64,000 bases of DNA from a virus (IMGVR_UViG_3300037297_000386), one strand, 5' to 3'; positions 21,225 to 30,471 are shown, counted from the first letter of the stretch. Made by a program: numbers and translations. The notes: generated by a model not told the origin, from the sequence alone.

Positions 21225-21470
21225 TTACTCCTTACTTTCTAATACTTCACCTAAAACTTTCACATTGACGGCTTGTGGCCCCTTATGGTTTTCTCCTAAT
21301 TCGAAAGATACTGGTTGCCCTGGTTTTAATGTTTTAAAGCCAGGCATATCAATATTTGTCCAATGTACAAACAAATCTTTTTCACCATTATCTCTTACTA
21401 CATATCCATAACCTCTACGGTGATCAAACCAAGCTACAAGCCCAGTTAAATCATTGCTTAATTCTGTCAT
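21225..21470 (-). CDS. csp: Cold-shock domain protein
   Basis: GLVAWFD..RGYGYV (RNP1), LFVHW (RNP2), GFKTLKPGQPVSFE..GPQAVNV. Confidence 0.95.
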   Translation of the reverse strand: MTELSNDLTGLVAWFDHRRGYGYVVRDNGEKDLFVHWTNIDMPGFKTLKPGQPVSFELGENHKGPQAVNVKVLGEVLESKE

Positions 21471-22351
21471 TTCTTATCTCCTTCTCTCGGGCATTTTGCC
21501 CACTTTTTTAAGTTATCTTCGGCCCACAATGGCTGAAGGTTTGTGTAATTACAGACTTTCTTAACATGCTCTCTATTAGTTAAGTCAAAACTAGATAGTG
21601 GAATAATATGATCTATATGCCACCTTCCATAATTATCCCAGGTCATGCCAATCTCGAATTTCTTTTCAAGATATAATTTTAATTCTTTTATAGAACATCC
21701 AAGATCTGCAACGGCTGAACCAGCACGATATCCTTTTTTAACTGCTTGATAGAACCTAGTTCTAAGTTTTTTCCTGATTTGTGCTGTTATACTGTTTTTT
21801 ATATACCGTTGCTCACGTGCTATTATTTCGTCTCTATTTTCTTTATACCGTTGTCTTTTTTCAGATAATATGCGTTCCTTATTTCTTTCATACCAATTCT
21901 TTTTTCTTTTAGCACATGCTTCTTTGTTTTTCTCGACATACTCTTTTTGTTTTATGGTCAATCTTGCCTTATTTTTCTCTCGATATTTTTTACTACCATT
22001 TTTTATAGATTCTTTGTTGTTTTCCCTATATTTTTTACAGCGGTCCTTATTCTTAGTGTGCCATTCAGCACTTTCTTTGCGTCTGCAATACTTACAACGG
22101 CTCTTTAACCCATCTTTAGTATTTTTACATCTACCAAAATTATCAACATCCAAAATTTTCATACATCTGCGACATTGTTTTTTATCATCTGAGTCTTGAT
22201 ATTCTATTTTGTTTGGGCCTTCTTTTTTCCATTTTTTAATATAATCGCGATGGCAATTTTTACATTGATTTCTAAGACCACTCGGACTGTCTTTTCGTCG
22301 ATAAAATCTAGAAAAATCTTTTAATTCTCCGCATTTACTACATTTCTTCAT
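21467..22351 (-). CDS. HNH homing endonuclease with two N-terminal CxxC zinc-binding repeats, 294 aa
   Basis: CSKC..CKNC and CRRC..CKYC repeats; C-terminal WHIDHIIP...NYTNLQPLWAEDN HNH motif. Confidence 0.9.
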   Translation of the reverse strand: MKKCSKCGELKDFSRFYRRKDSPSGLRNQCKNCHRDYIKKWKKEGPNKIEYQDSDDKKQCRRCMKILDVDNFGRCKNTKDGLKSRCKYCRRKESAEWHTKNKDRCKKYRENNKESIKNGSKKYREKNKARLTIKQKEYVEKNKEACAKRKKNWYERNKERILSEKRQRYKENRDEIIAREQRYIKNSITAQIRKKLRTRFYQAVKKGYRAGSAVADLGCSIKELKLYLEKKFEIGMTWDNYGRWHIDHIIPLSSFDLTNREHVKKVCNYTNLQPLWAEDNLKKWAKCPREGDKK

Positions 22352-22454
22352 GATTTTCCTCTTTATTAGAAAAATAGACCAATCCCTACATCTTAAATCA
22401 AAATATTAATAGAATTCTTAGATATTTCGACAGGTAGCATCCTTTCATCCTCCG

Positions 22455-22666
22455 ATGCTAGCTCTAAAAGGATTGAAATAGCGCTTTTGATCGTTGAATA
22501 TCCGACTGACCAGAAATTATATAATCAGCACTACCGCTAAATTTGCTTATTATTTTGGCACGCTTTTTACGCACAAATGATCCCTCCATTTTAAGGTACA
22601 CTAATGCCGAAGTGCGATTCGGATTATAACGCTGCCTGTAATATCGCTACGCCGTTGATGGCTATT
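22455..22666 (+). pseudogene. Eroded Cas12f/TnpB-like C-terminal relic
   Basis: GAT TCG GAT TAT AAC GCT GCC TGT AAT ATC GCT ACG CCG encodes DSDYNAACNIATP. Upstream, broken frames give ALKGLK*RF..EY..TDQK (cf. GI.V..V.P.YTSQ) and HFK..C. Confidence 0.55.
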
Positions 22667-22795
22667 AGCCAGAAGCAACGATTGGAACACAAAAATAGAA
22701 AAGGCTTTTATTGGAATGTTTCAAGGAGGAAGCCTATAGTCTCCTCTACCCAAGAACTTATTGGTCACAAATGACCATATTTTAGGGAACTATAT
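22667..22795 (+). repeat. Copy B of the 129-bp inverted repeat / putative structured RNA
   Basis: 121/129 identical to the reverse complement of 18478-18606. Confidence 0.9.
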
Positions 22796-22809
22796 TGGTG
22801 ATTTTTAGC

Positions 22810-23205
22810 TTAGATTGCAGCTAAATAAGAAATTAAATAAGAAGTTCTTAGAGATGAAATATCTCCATGCTCTGTATTGGTGGGCTCTAATAAAACTGTT
22901 CTTGCCGTAGGTATGCCAGTATAAGAATAATTTGACCGATGCGAATGATAGCGATCTTGGTTAGATAACCTATTTAAAAAATAAGTTAATTCTATATGAT
23001 TAAGTTTGCTATTAATTATTATATCGTCGCGCTGTTTGCATATATTAGCAGGTTTATGTTTCAATGAAGCAATAACTATTGGCACATAATTATCACACAA
23101 ACAACTATTTTTGTCTCTAACTATTTTAAATCCTTGAAAAAAATATAATTTTCCTAGGCCGTATTTCTTTTTAATCTTTTTTATAAGTTTATTTTTATAT
23201 TTCAT
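22810..23205 (-). CDS. Tandem paralogue family member 6 (hypothetical)
   Basis: KKKYGLGKLYF...LxYFLNRL...LRTSYLISYLAAI. Confidence 0.7.
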   Translation of the reverse strand: MKYKNKLIKKIKKKYGLGKLYFFQGFKIVRDKNSCLCDNYVPIVIASLKHKPANICKQRDDIIINSKLNHIELTYFLNRLSNQDRYHSHRSNYSYTGIPTARTVLLEPTNTEHGDISSLRTSYLISYLAAI

Positions 23206-23210
23206 AAAAT

Positions 23211-23579
23211 TTAAATACCAGATAAATTTATTACTAATAGGTCATGCCTTAAATCATTCAAATTATTATAGTTTTTCCCTAAATCTGAAAAATATATTTT
23301 TTCTTTACCTTTAGACAAATTTTTAAGAACCATGTTTAAATTATGCGAATTTAGATTGTTATCAGTAATATTCTTTGTTGTACTGCACACTAAACTGCAT
23401 AATAAATCATTAAATCCGGATAAAGATCCATATCCATCAAATCCAAGATATTTGTATGTAAAATACAAATTTTCTACTCCATAATGTCTTTTTATACCAT
23501 CACATACTGCTTCGTTGACTTCATCGATCGTAAAATTACCATTTGCTATACCATTTCTAATGTCTTCTAAACTATCCAT
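23211..23579 (-). CDS. Tandem paralogue family member 5 (hypothetical)
   Basis: KRHYGVENLYF...IYFSDLGKNYNNLNDLRHDLLVINLSGI. Confidence 0.75.
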   Translation of the reverse strand: MDSLEDIRNGIANGNFTIDEVNEAVCDGIKRHYGVENLYFTYKYLGFDGYGSLSGFNDLLCSLVCSTTKNITDNNLNSHNLNMVLKNLSKGKEKIYFSDLGKNYNNLNDLRHDLLVINLSGI

Positions 23580-23892
23580 TATATTCCCCTAACCCAGATA
23601 AATAATAAGATAATGCATCATGTTTTAGATTATCAAGATTTCCATAAAATTTACCTGTATCTATAAAATATATTTTCTTACCTGCCGGCTTTTCATCAAG
23701 TTCTTCTATAACCATTTCTAACTCGGTCCCATCAAGTACAAAACTACGCCAAATCATTTGACCATCTTTTGATTTAAATATATCTTGATGATCACAATTA
23801 CAAATGCAACATACATATAGATCTTTGTCATAAAGTCCAAACAACTTGTAAAAATGTAAAAAATAAATACCATATTTATCTTTAACTTTCAT
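23572..23892 (-). CDS. Tandem paralogue family member 4 (hypothetical)
   Basis: KDKYGIYFLHF...IYFIDTGKFYGNLDNLKHDALSYYLSGL. Confidence 0.75.
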   Translation of the reverse strand: MKVKDKYGIYFLHFYKLFGLYDKDLYVCCICNCDHQDIFKSKDGQMIWRSFVLDGTELEMVIEELDEKPAGKKIYFIDTGKFYGNLDNLKHDALSYYLSGLGEYNG

Positions 23893-23896
23893 TTCT

Positions 23897-24232
23897 TTAC
23901 ACTATTCTTGTTGAAAGTCCGGCTATATCGGCAATAAAATAGTCCTTTTTAAGATCTTCATAATCTGTAATTTTATATCTTTTACCAGTTTCTGCAAAAC
24001 ATACTCCTTGTTTCAAAAATGTCCTATATATATCACACTCATCAGAAAATTTTCCACGATACAAGTGGTCTATATAATCAATTAACATCATATCATTAGC
24101 TGGGCAAAATGATTGAATACTATAAAAACCAACTGAATTATCTAATGTTATAAAGATTTCAGCTTTGCCATTAATACCGACTTCAAAAAAATTTACATTT
24201 GGTAATTCTTTGATTATATCCCAACGCTTCAT
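23897..24232 (-). CDS. Tandem paralogue family member 3 (hypothetical, divergent)
   Basis: VCFAETGKRY...EDLKKDYFIADIAGL. Confidence 0.7.
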   Translation of the reverse strand: MKRWDIIKELPNVNFFEVGINGKAEIFITLDNSVGFYSIQSFCPANDMMLIDYIDHLYRGKFSDECDIYRTFLKQGVCFAETGKRYKITDYEDLKKDYFIADIAGLSTRIV

Positions 24233-24585
24233 TTTATTCCTGATAATTTTTTAATTAACACAAATTCTTTTATTTCATCCAAATTGTCCATACTTTTATT
24301 ATTATAAATAATTCTACAAGTTCCTGTTGATAATCCATATAAATATTCAGCAAGTTCGTCGAGATTTAATAAACGTCTATGAATTCTAAAAATATTATTT
24401 AATTTACCTAATTGGCCGGGGCCTTTTTCGTCACAATAAATTCGTCCAGTACTATCCTTCCAAAAATACATACCATCAACGCCATACACTCTTTTTAGTT
24501 CATCTTTTAGACGCGGTATGAGCCTGTGTAAACCACGATCTGCTATAAGCTTAGCCATTTCTTCTATAACTTTATTCGAATTCAC
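24229..24585 (-). CDS. Tandem paralogue family member 2 (hypothetical)
   Basis: KRVYGVDGMYF...NLDEIKEFVLIKKLSGI. Confidence 0.75.
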   Translation of the reverse strand: MNSNKVIEEMAKLIADRGLHRLIPRLKDELKRVYGVDGMYFWKDSTGRIYCDEKGPGQLGKLNNIFRIHRRLLNLDELAEYLYGLSTGTCRIIYNNKSMDNLDEIKEFVLIKKLSGIK

Positions 24586-24857
24586 AGTCCAGCCAACTTT
24601 ATTATTAAATAATGTCTTTTTAATTCATCGATACCAATACATAATTTACTGGCATCTTTGAAGTAAACAGATCCTTGTTGCATACTAAGTGCTTTTAATA
24701 TCCAATCTAAATCAATCATTTTAATATTATCATCAAAATCTGGTCTATTACCTATGTATTCGCATTCTATGACTTTTTTAGAAGCATCAAAGGACATACA
24801 TTCGAGACCATAAGCTTTTTTAAGTTGATATTTAGGTGTCATCTGTTGATTTTTCAT
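24582..24857 (-). CDS. Tandem paralogue family member 1 (hypothetical)
   Basis: KKAYGLECMSF...VYFKDASK...DELKRHYLIIKLAGL. Confidence 0.75.
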   Translation of the reverse strand: MKNQQMTPKYQLKKAYGLECMSFDASKKVIECEYIGNRPDFDDNIKMIDLDWILKALSMQQGSVYFKDASKLCIGIDELKRHYLIIKLAGL

Positions 24858-27046
24858 TATATTATTTTGTAAAAATTAATTGGTTCTAATTTAGGTGTCT
24901 TATTTTTTGTAAAATGTGATTTTCTAGTTACCAAGTTCCACGAATCTACCAAACGGAATCCCTCTTCTTTTACTATATTATTTATATCATTGTGTATTTT
25001 CGTCATTTTTTTATTAGCAAAGTTTCCAGCATTAACAGCAAAAACGCCATTCTTTGCTAATGATCTCTTTATGTATTTTACAGTAATTCTCCAATAATTG
25101 TTAAGCCAATCTTCATAATCGGGGAATTTGTTATAACTTTGGGTATCTTCGTCAGTATAAATTTCATGATCATAATATGGAGGACTACTGAATGCAAAAT
25201 TTATATCGCAATCTGGTATAAAATTTTCCGATGGAACATTATATATATCAGCATTAATATTAAAATCATCGCACATTTTAATTAAACATTTATAAGTTTC
25301 AGTATTTGGGTCAGTTCCTATATATTTAGCTTTTACTCCGCTTGCATAAAATCCTAATAGTCTACCACCATATCCAGCACTATAGTCATAAACAATATCA
25401 CCGTCTTTGACCCAATGGGAATAAATTTCTTTGGCAACAGATGCTTTAAAAACAGATCCAGTTGCAGCCAACCCAGATGATTTTGCTCCTTGTGCTATCA
25501 TGGCTGGATGTATATTAAAATATTCAACACCATTTTTGTTTTTTATTCCGCTAATCCTATTTGTTATTATTTGTTCTAAGCTGTTTTTGTTAGTTATACA
25601 GTTATAAACGGATGGTTTTTTCTTAGTAGATAGTTTTAAAATGTTAGCAAAATAGCTTTTACATAATTTAGCACCAGCGTTATTATTGTTTGATAATTGT
25701 TTATTAGCTAGATCTAAACAGGAAGCGTTCAATAAGGCTTTCAAATCTTTTTTGATTATTTCTGTTTCCAATACTATATTAGAAAAATCATAATTAGAAA
25801 ATAATTCTAATAAATAATGTTTTATTTTATTTCTTGTTGTATTATTGGTCTTGCGTATAAATTCACTGGTTAATTTTTGTCCATTCCATACTACCACATC
25901 ATGAAAATGTTTAGGTTTATATATAATAATATCATGAACAGATTTTTTAATATTTCTATCAAATTTGACTATTTTTATATTAAAATTGTTGTTTTTGTAA
26001 TATTCTATTTTCTCGTTATCATCAGAATAAGAGTTAGTACGATTTTTACCCATTCCACCTGCTTCAATCCAAATTTTATGTTTGCCTGTACGAACCAAAA
26101 AATCACAAGACCAGTTTCTATTTTCACATATAGGAACCTCATATTTATAATCATCTATTATATATTTATTTTTAAATTCTAGAAGACAGTTTGCAACATT
26201 GGCTTCAAATTTAGACCTATAAATATTTCCATCATTTCCTACAACCGAAACGCTATTTCTCCACTGATTTTGTGCTGTATAATTAAATCCTAGAAATTTT
26301 AAAGCTTTTAAATAAGTCCCAAATCTGCCAGCATAAGTTTCTGCAGAAAATTTTCCATAATCTGCCATATCTTTATAATTAGGAACATGGCCTAATTCAT
26401 CTCTAAGGCGTATAATTTCATTTTTAAGATCTTCTTTTGGTATATTTTTAAGTGTTTGTGGTTCAAGTCCGCAAATTTCTAGCGTTTTATTCCAACTATC
26501 ACTATTAGATATTTTGTGACATGCTGTGACCCAAGAGCAAGTAGTAGAATATTCAGCAAAATCTGAAATAGTAGGAATTTTACCAAGTATTTTACTAACC
26601 CTTATTATATCTTTTATTATTTCTTCTTTAATATAGAGCATATTTAAATTATATGTATTATCCAAATTACACGAACCAACAGCAATACTAAATTTTCCAA
26701 AGGCTCTTTTATAAGCTCCAATAGGATACTTACCATGTTTACTAATTTCTGTCTGTGAAGGAACATGCCCTATATCTTTGTATACTCTTAATAATTCATC
26801 TAACAATTCTTGTTTAGAATATTTCATATCGGATCCAGATTTATTGGCATCTAGTTCGGCCTTTGTTTGTGCATTTTTTAGCTTACCAAATCTTTTTCTA
26901 TACAAGTGTACCCTTTTCGTTAAAAAACACCCATATTTTTTCATATCAGAACTACTGGGTGTTCTATTTAATTTAGTTGCGAGCTTTTTTAAAGCATCTA
27001 TTAATTGTTTATCAGTAATGGTTTTTGGATTAAAACTTTTTGTCAT
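24857..27046 (-). CDS. Fusion: homing-endonuclease-associated helical repeats + PD-(D/E)xK-like nuclease + amino-DNA methyltransferase, 729 aa
   Basis: Four repeats of type KxELxxELxRxxxxLGxxP(S/T)xxD...YxxxFG; YRSKFEANVA...CDFLV...IWIEAGG; MTase motif I VYDYSAGYGG and motif IV FSSPPY. Confidence 0.8.
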   Translation of the reverse strand: MTKSFNPKTITDKQLIDALKKLATKLNRTPSSSDMKKYGCFLTKRVHLYRKRFGKLKNAQTKAELDANKSGSDMKYSKQELLDELLRVYKDIGHVPSQTEISKHGKYPIGAYKRAFGKFSIAVGSCNLDNTYNLNMLYIKEEIIKDIIRVSKILGKIPTISDFAEYSTTCSWVTACHKISNSDSWNKTLEICGLEPQTLKNIPKEDLKNEIIRLRDELGHVPNYKDMADYGKFSAETYAGRFGTYLKALKFLGFNYTAQNQWRNSVSVVGNDGNIYRSKFEANVANCLLEFKNKYIIDDYKYEVPICENRNWSCDFLVRTGKHKIWIEAGGMGKNRTNSYSDDNEKIEYYKNNNFNIKIVKFDRNIKKSVHDIIIYKPKHFHDVVVWNGQKLTSEFIRKTNNTTRNKIKHYLLELFSNYDFSNIVLETEIIKKDLKALLNASCLDLANKQLSNNNNAGAKLCKSYFANILKLSTKKKPSVYNCITNKNSLEQIITNRISGIKNKNGVEYFNIHPAMIAQGAKSSGLAATGSVFKASVAKEIYSHWVKDGDIVYDYSAGYGGRLLGFYASGVKAKYIGTDPNTETYKCLIKMCDDFNINADIYNVPSENFIPDCDINFAFSSPPYYDHEIYTDEDTQSYNKFPDYEDWLNNYWRITVKYIKRSLAKNGVFAVNAGNFANKKMTKIHNDINNIVKEEGFRLVDSWNLVTRKSHFTKNKTPKLEPINFYKII

Positions 27047-27153
27047 ACTATCCTCTCTATATCAAGCCGGCCAGTCTCTTTCTAGCTGGACGGGTTATCA
27101 CTATAATACACAAAAATACACAAAATAAATTAGTAGAAGTGTGTGAAATATCC

Positions 27154-27181
27154 AAAAAAAGAGGGCCCTTTTTGGGCCCTC
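27154..27181 (-). terminator. Rho-independent terminator after the major capsid gene
   Basis: GAGGGCCC-AAAAA-GGGCCCTC followed by T7 on the minus strand. Confidence 0.9.
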
Positions 27182-27221
27182 AATTTATTCTAAGTAATCA
27201 ATTTTACTTAACTTTTAGTTC

Positions 27222-30200
27222 TTAACCAACGGCTACATCTTTACGACCAACTGATACACCGCGTGGATTTACAATCCCGATACCAATGATCTCGTTGACT
27301 ACCCAGCCTAATTTCAGCTGCTTCGGCTCGTCGGCTGGTAGAACTTCGATGTCTTGACGAACTGGCATTACACCAACAAATTCTGGATCAGCTACACCGA
27401 AAACAGTACCAGTTGGAACAACCTTACTAACGATAAGGTCGGCACCCCATAGATGTGCGAAAAGACCAGTCTGAAGAATTTCGCGCTGAGTGACCATATC
27501 TAGCTCACCGCCAGTTCCTGCAGACTGTCCACCACCGGAACCCCAGTTTAGAATATCATTAAATTCAACAATATTCATTAGGAACTTGGTTGTAACAAGG
27601 TCCCATCGATCTACCTGAACTTTGATTTCTGAAAGATCACGCTTTAGTAACCCAGCATCAGCAATATCCTGAGCGGTATTTTCGCCACCAAGATTTGAGT
27701 CACCAGCATAATCCAAAGCTGAGAAAATGTTAGCATCTTCTTGTGCTTGAATTTCTTGCAATTTGTTAATAGTTTTTATAAACTTACCAAATCATTTCTG
27801 TTTGGTTCTACACCTTTCGGTATAGTTCAGACTGTATCATCATCTTCTTTAGAAGAGCTTGGCATATCAGTCGTTGAGAATTGGAGTAATTTATATTTCA
27901 TACAATCTATAACATATGGTTTTATAAGTTTTGTAAGCTTAATGCCATTTTTTTTATTAAATGATAAATAATAATATTTTTTATTCCTATTATTATATTC
28001 ACATACTTTAGAACTTATATTAAAATTTACATATATGGCGTTTTGTAACCTATAGTTTTCTTCTTTTGTGAATCCCTCTGTAGATAATTTCATATCATAC
28101 TTTCTGGTATGTCCATCATCCATATACCAAATTGCCATCGCATAGGCCGAAAGCATATTTGATATATTCTTTTTTATAACCTTTTTTGTATTATCATAAA
28201 ATAATTTATGTAAATAATTTAATTCATGATGACAGATAGTAGTTAAATTGTATGTGACAGAATTCCTTGAATTCTGTTGTACATTCTGTCGTATCTTGTT
28301 CACAAAATTATTAAGCACCTGTTTTTTATAATGCAAGTATGGTAATTGTTTTTTACAATGATTAACAACAAATCTTTTTGTCTTACCATTATCTATATGT
28401 CCATCACCAAGCAAAGAACCAATTATAAACTCTTTCTGTTTTCGTGTGAATGGAATTTTGCGTAAATGATAATATTTTCTTTCTACACTTCTTATCGGTT
28501 TTATTCCATATTCTCTAAACCATCTATAAATTGTTCTTTCTCCGACTCCATAATATTCTGCTAAAACCTTTATTCCTTTGTGTGTAGTTTCATATGCATG
28601 TATCAATTCGCTCTTACAAGGTATTTTCCTTTTGCACACATATCCTCTTGATTCTATACCAAATTTTTTGAACCACTTTCTAACAGTTTTAACGCTCACT
28701 CCATAATAATCACCAATTTGTTGCATTGTTTTCATCTGATTATTGTACAAATCACACAGATTTTCTTTTGTAGGCACTTTGGATTACTCCTTTTCTGCTG
28801 ATTGCCCGTATCATTTAATTATTTTTAACTTAGTTTGATTGTAAATTATATTTCAATATAAATTATTTATGACTAAGTATAATTAACATTCGGGGTTTCC
28901 AGCATATAGCCAAGTTTAGAGCCCGCCGGAAATTAACGGGCTTTTTGCTGAGCACGGTCAATTACATTAAATCGACGCCTTTTAACTTCAGCAATACGAA
29001 CGGTCGGGTTAGAAACAACCTCGAATTCTGGAACACTTACACGATCTGAAAATGCACGTGATTCAGGAGCAGAACCGTTACTAGAAATAACAACGGCTGC
29101 CACATCGATATCTCTATCGTAGACAGGTAAAGCACCTTGTGGTACAATTTGTTACTCATCGTTAAGATGGGCCGAATCATCTCTGTTCGGCTCTACATAT
29201 CTCTATGTAGTTCAGACTATATCATCACCTCTTTTTGAGGGTTTAGCATTTAGTCGTTGAGGGACGGCAAAATTTTATACATAAAATCTTTCAGTATATA
29301 TTGCCTAACCAAGTTAGATAACAATTGTGAGTTTCTCTTGTTGATTGATATATAATAGTATTCTTTCTGGTTTCTATTATATTTTGCAATTTTAGATCTC
29401 ACATTAAATTTTGATTTCAGCATACTCTGTAAAATCAACTGTTCTTTGTACGAGAAACTATCAGTCGAAAGCCTTATGTTACACCTATTGTTTAGTGTTC
29501 CGTCATCCATTATCCAATATGCTAAAGATCTTTCAGTTACATAATTGGATAGCTCTTGACGAATTACTTTTTTGTTATTTTCATAAAACAAGTGTCTAAA
29601 GAATCTGAAATCATTATGTACTACTGTGACAAAAGAATACATTACAGAATTTTTTCTTTTATCTTCCTTCTTGTTTATAGAATTAACTAAATTCCCAAGA
29701 ATTGCCTTCTTGTGTAACACCAATGATTTTTGTTTTTCGCAATGTCCTATTTGAAGCCTACAACTTTTGTTCTTTCTTCCATGTTCACCAACAAATCCAT
29801 CGCCAAGAAGAGTTCCAACAACCATCTCTTTTTGCTCTTTTGTAAGTGGGACTTTCTTAATTAGTTCATATTTTCTTTGTTTCGGATTAGCATCAATATT
29901 TAGAATATAGAACCATCGATTAATAGTCTTTCGACTAACCTGATATATCTCTGCTATTTCGTAAGTTGTAAGTCTTCTATCAACATAAAGTTTTATCAAC
30001 TCGTTTCTGCTTGGTCTCTTCATTCTACCTTCCCTGCTGATTGTCTGCGTATCAAAAGTTTTAACTTAGGTACTGTTTTAGATTATCTTCTGTGAGTAAT
30101 CTGTATTTTCCTAAGTATTTCGATCTTCCAGACTTCCCAGCATACAGCCAAATTTTTCCTAAAATATTGCTATTTTAGGCCGCTACCGTTAACGGATCCA

Positions 30201-30471
30201 CAACTAGAACTCTACGTCCAACGCCTTGATAATCTAAGTTTCTACGAATTGGATTAGCCATAGCTTGGCCTAATGCAACCTTACCTTCCGTGGTCATTAG
30301 AGCCCTACGAATTAGCTCATCTTTTTGCTCTTCTGTAAAAGAAGGCTGGCCAGCAAGACCCTGACTGGCCGATTGGTTATTCTGAATAATACTAGCATAC
30401 TTTACGATTTGTGCTAATGCATCGCGATCGCTAGCAGCATTCAGCTCACCATGGGTATTAAACAATGACAT
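27222..30471 (-). CDS. Major capsid protein (HK97 fold), spliced from three exons: 30471-30192, 29144-28936, 27758-27222 (341 aa)
   Basis: Exons of 280+209+537 nt join in frame as ...VVDP-L-PQGALPVYDRDID...RAQQKAR-QEIQAQEDANIF...; strong AGGAGG SD; lies downstream of the protease/scaffold and decoration genes and is followed by a strong terminator. Exon 2 is missing from the ORF track. Confidence 0.9.
27759..28935 (-). mobile_element. Group I intron 2 in the major capsid gene
   Basis: 5' exon ends in U with P1 GCCCGU/GCGGGC; P10 AAUUUC/GAAAUU; P4 UGCUG/CAGCA; P7 CAACGACUG/CAGUC; ends AACAAAUUG (omega-G). Confidence 0.92.
27827..28777 (-). CDS. Intron-encoded LAGLIDADG endonuclease with two N-terminal HTH repeats
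   Basis: FIIGSLLGDGHI and MAIWYMDDGH motifs. Confidence 0.9.
   Translation of the reverse strand: MPTKENLCDLYNNQMKTMQQIGDYYGVSVKTVRKWFKKFGIESRGYVCKRKIPCKSELIHAYETTHKGIKVLAEYYGVGERTIYRWFREYGIKPIRSVERKYYHLRKIPFTRKQKEFIIGSLLGDGHIDNGKTKRFVVNHCKKQLPYLHYKKQVLNNFVNKIRQNVQQNSRNSVTYNLTTICHHELNYLHKLFYDNTKKVIKKNISNMLSAYAMAIWYMDDGHTRKYDMKLSTEGFTKEENYRLQNAIYVNFNISSKVCEYNNRNKKYYYLSFNKKNGIKLTKLIKPYVIDCMKYKLLQFSTTDMPSSSKEDDDTV
29145..30191 (-). mobile_element. Group I intron 1 in the major capsid gene
   Basis: P1 CCGU/GCGG; P10 GGUA/UACC; UAUGCUGGGAA ... AAUCAGCAGG; UCAACGACUA ... GAUAUAGUCU; ends AACAAAUUG. Confidence 0.92.
29250..30023 (-). CDS. Intron-encoded LAGLIDADG endonuclease with N-terminal HTH
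   Basis: MVVGTLLGDGFV and LAYWIMDDGT motifs. Confidence 0.9.
   Translation of the reverse strand: MKRPSRNELIKLYVDRRLTTYEIAEIYQVSRKTINRWFYILNIDANPKQRKYELIKKVPLTKEQKEMVVGTLLGDGFVGEHGRKNKSCRLQIGHCEKQKSLVLHKKAILGNLVNSINKKEDKRKNSVMYSFVTVVHNDFRFFRHLFYENNKKVIRQELSNYVTERSLAYWIMDDGTLNNRCNIRLSTDSFSYKEQLILQSMLKSKFNVRSKIAKYNRNQKEYYYISINKRNSQLLSNLVRQYILKDFMYKILPSLND

Noticed and set aside
18478-22795. The 129-bp repeats as a CRISPR array
   Set aside because: Only two copies, 4 kb apart, inverted and too long; no repeat-spacer periodicity anywhere in the window.
27222-27761. Independent 179-aa gene starting at TTG 27761, and a 98-aa gene at 30175..30471
   Set aside because: These are MCP exons; the TTG is the intron's terminal ...AUUG and LTVAA* is intron sequence.
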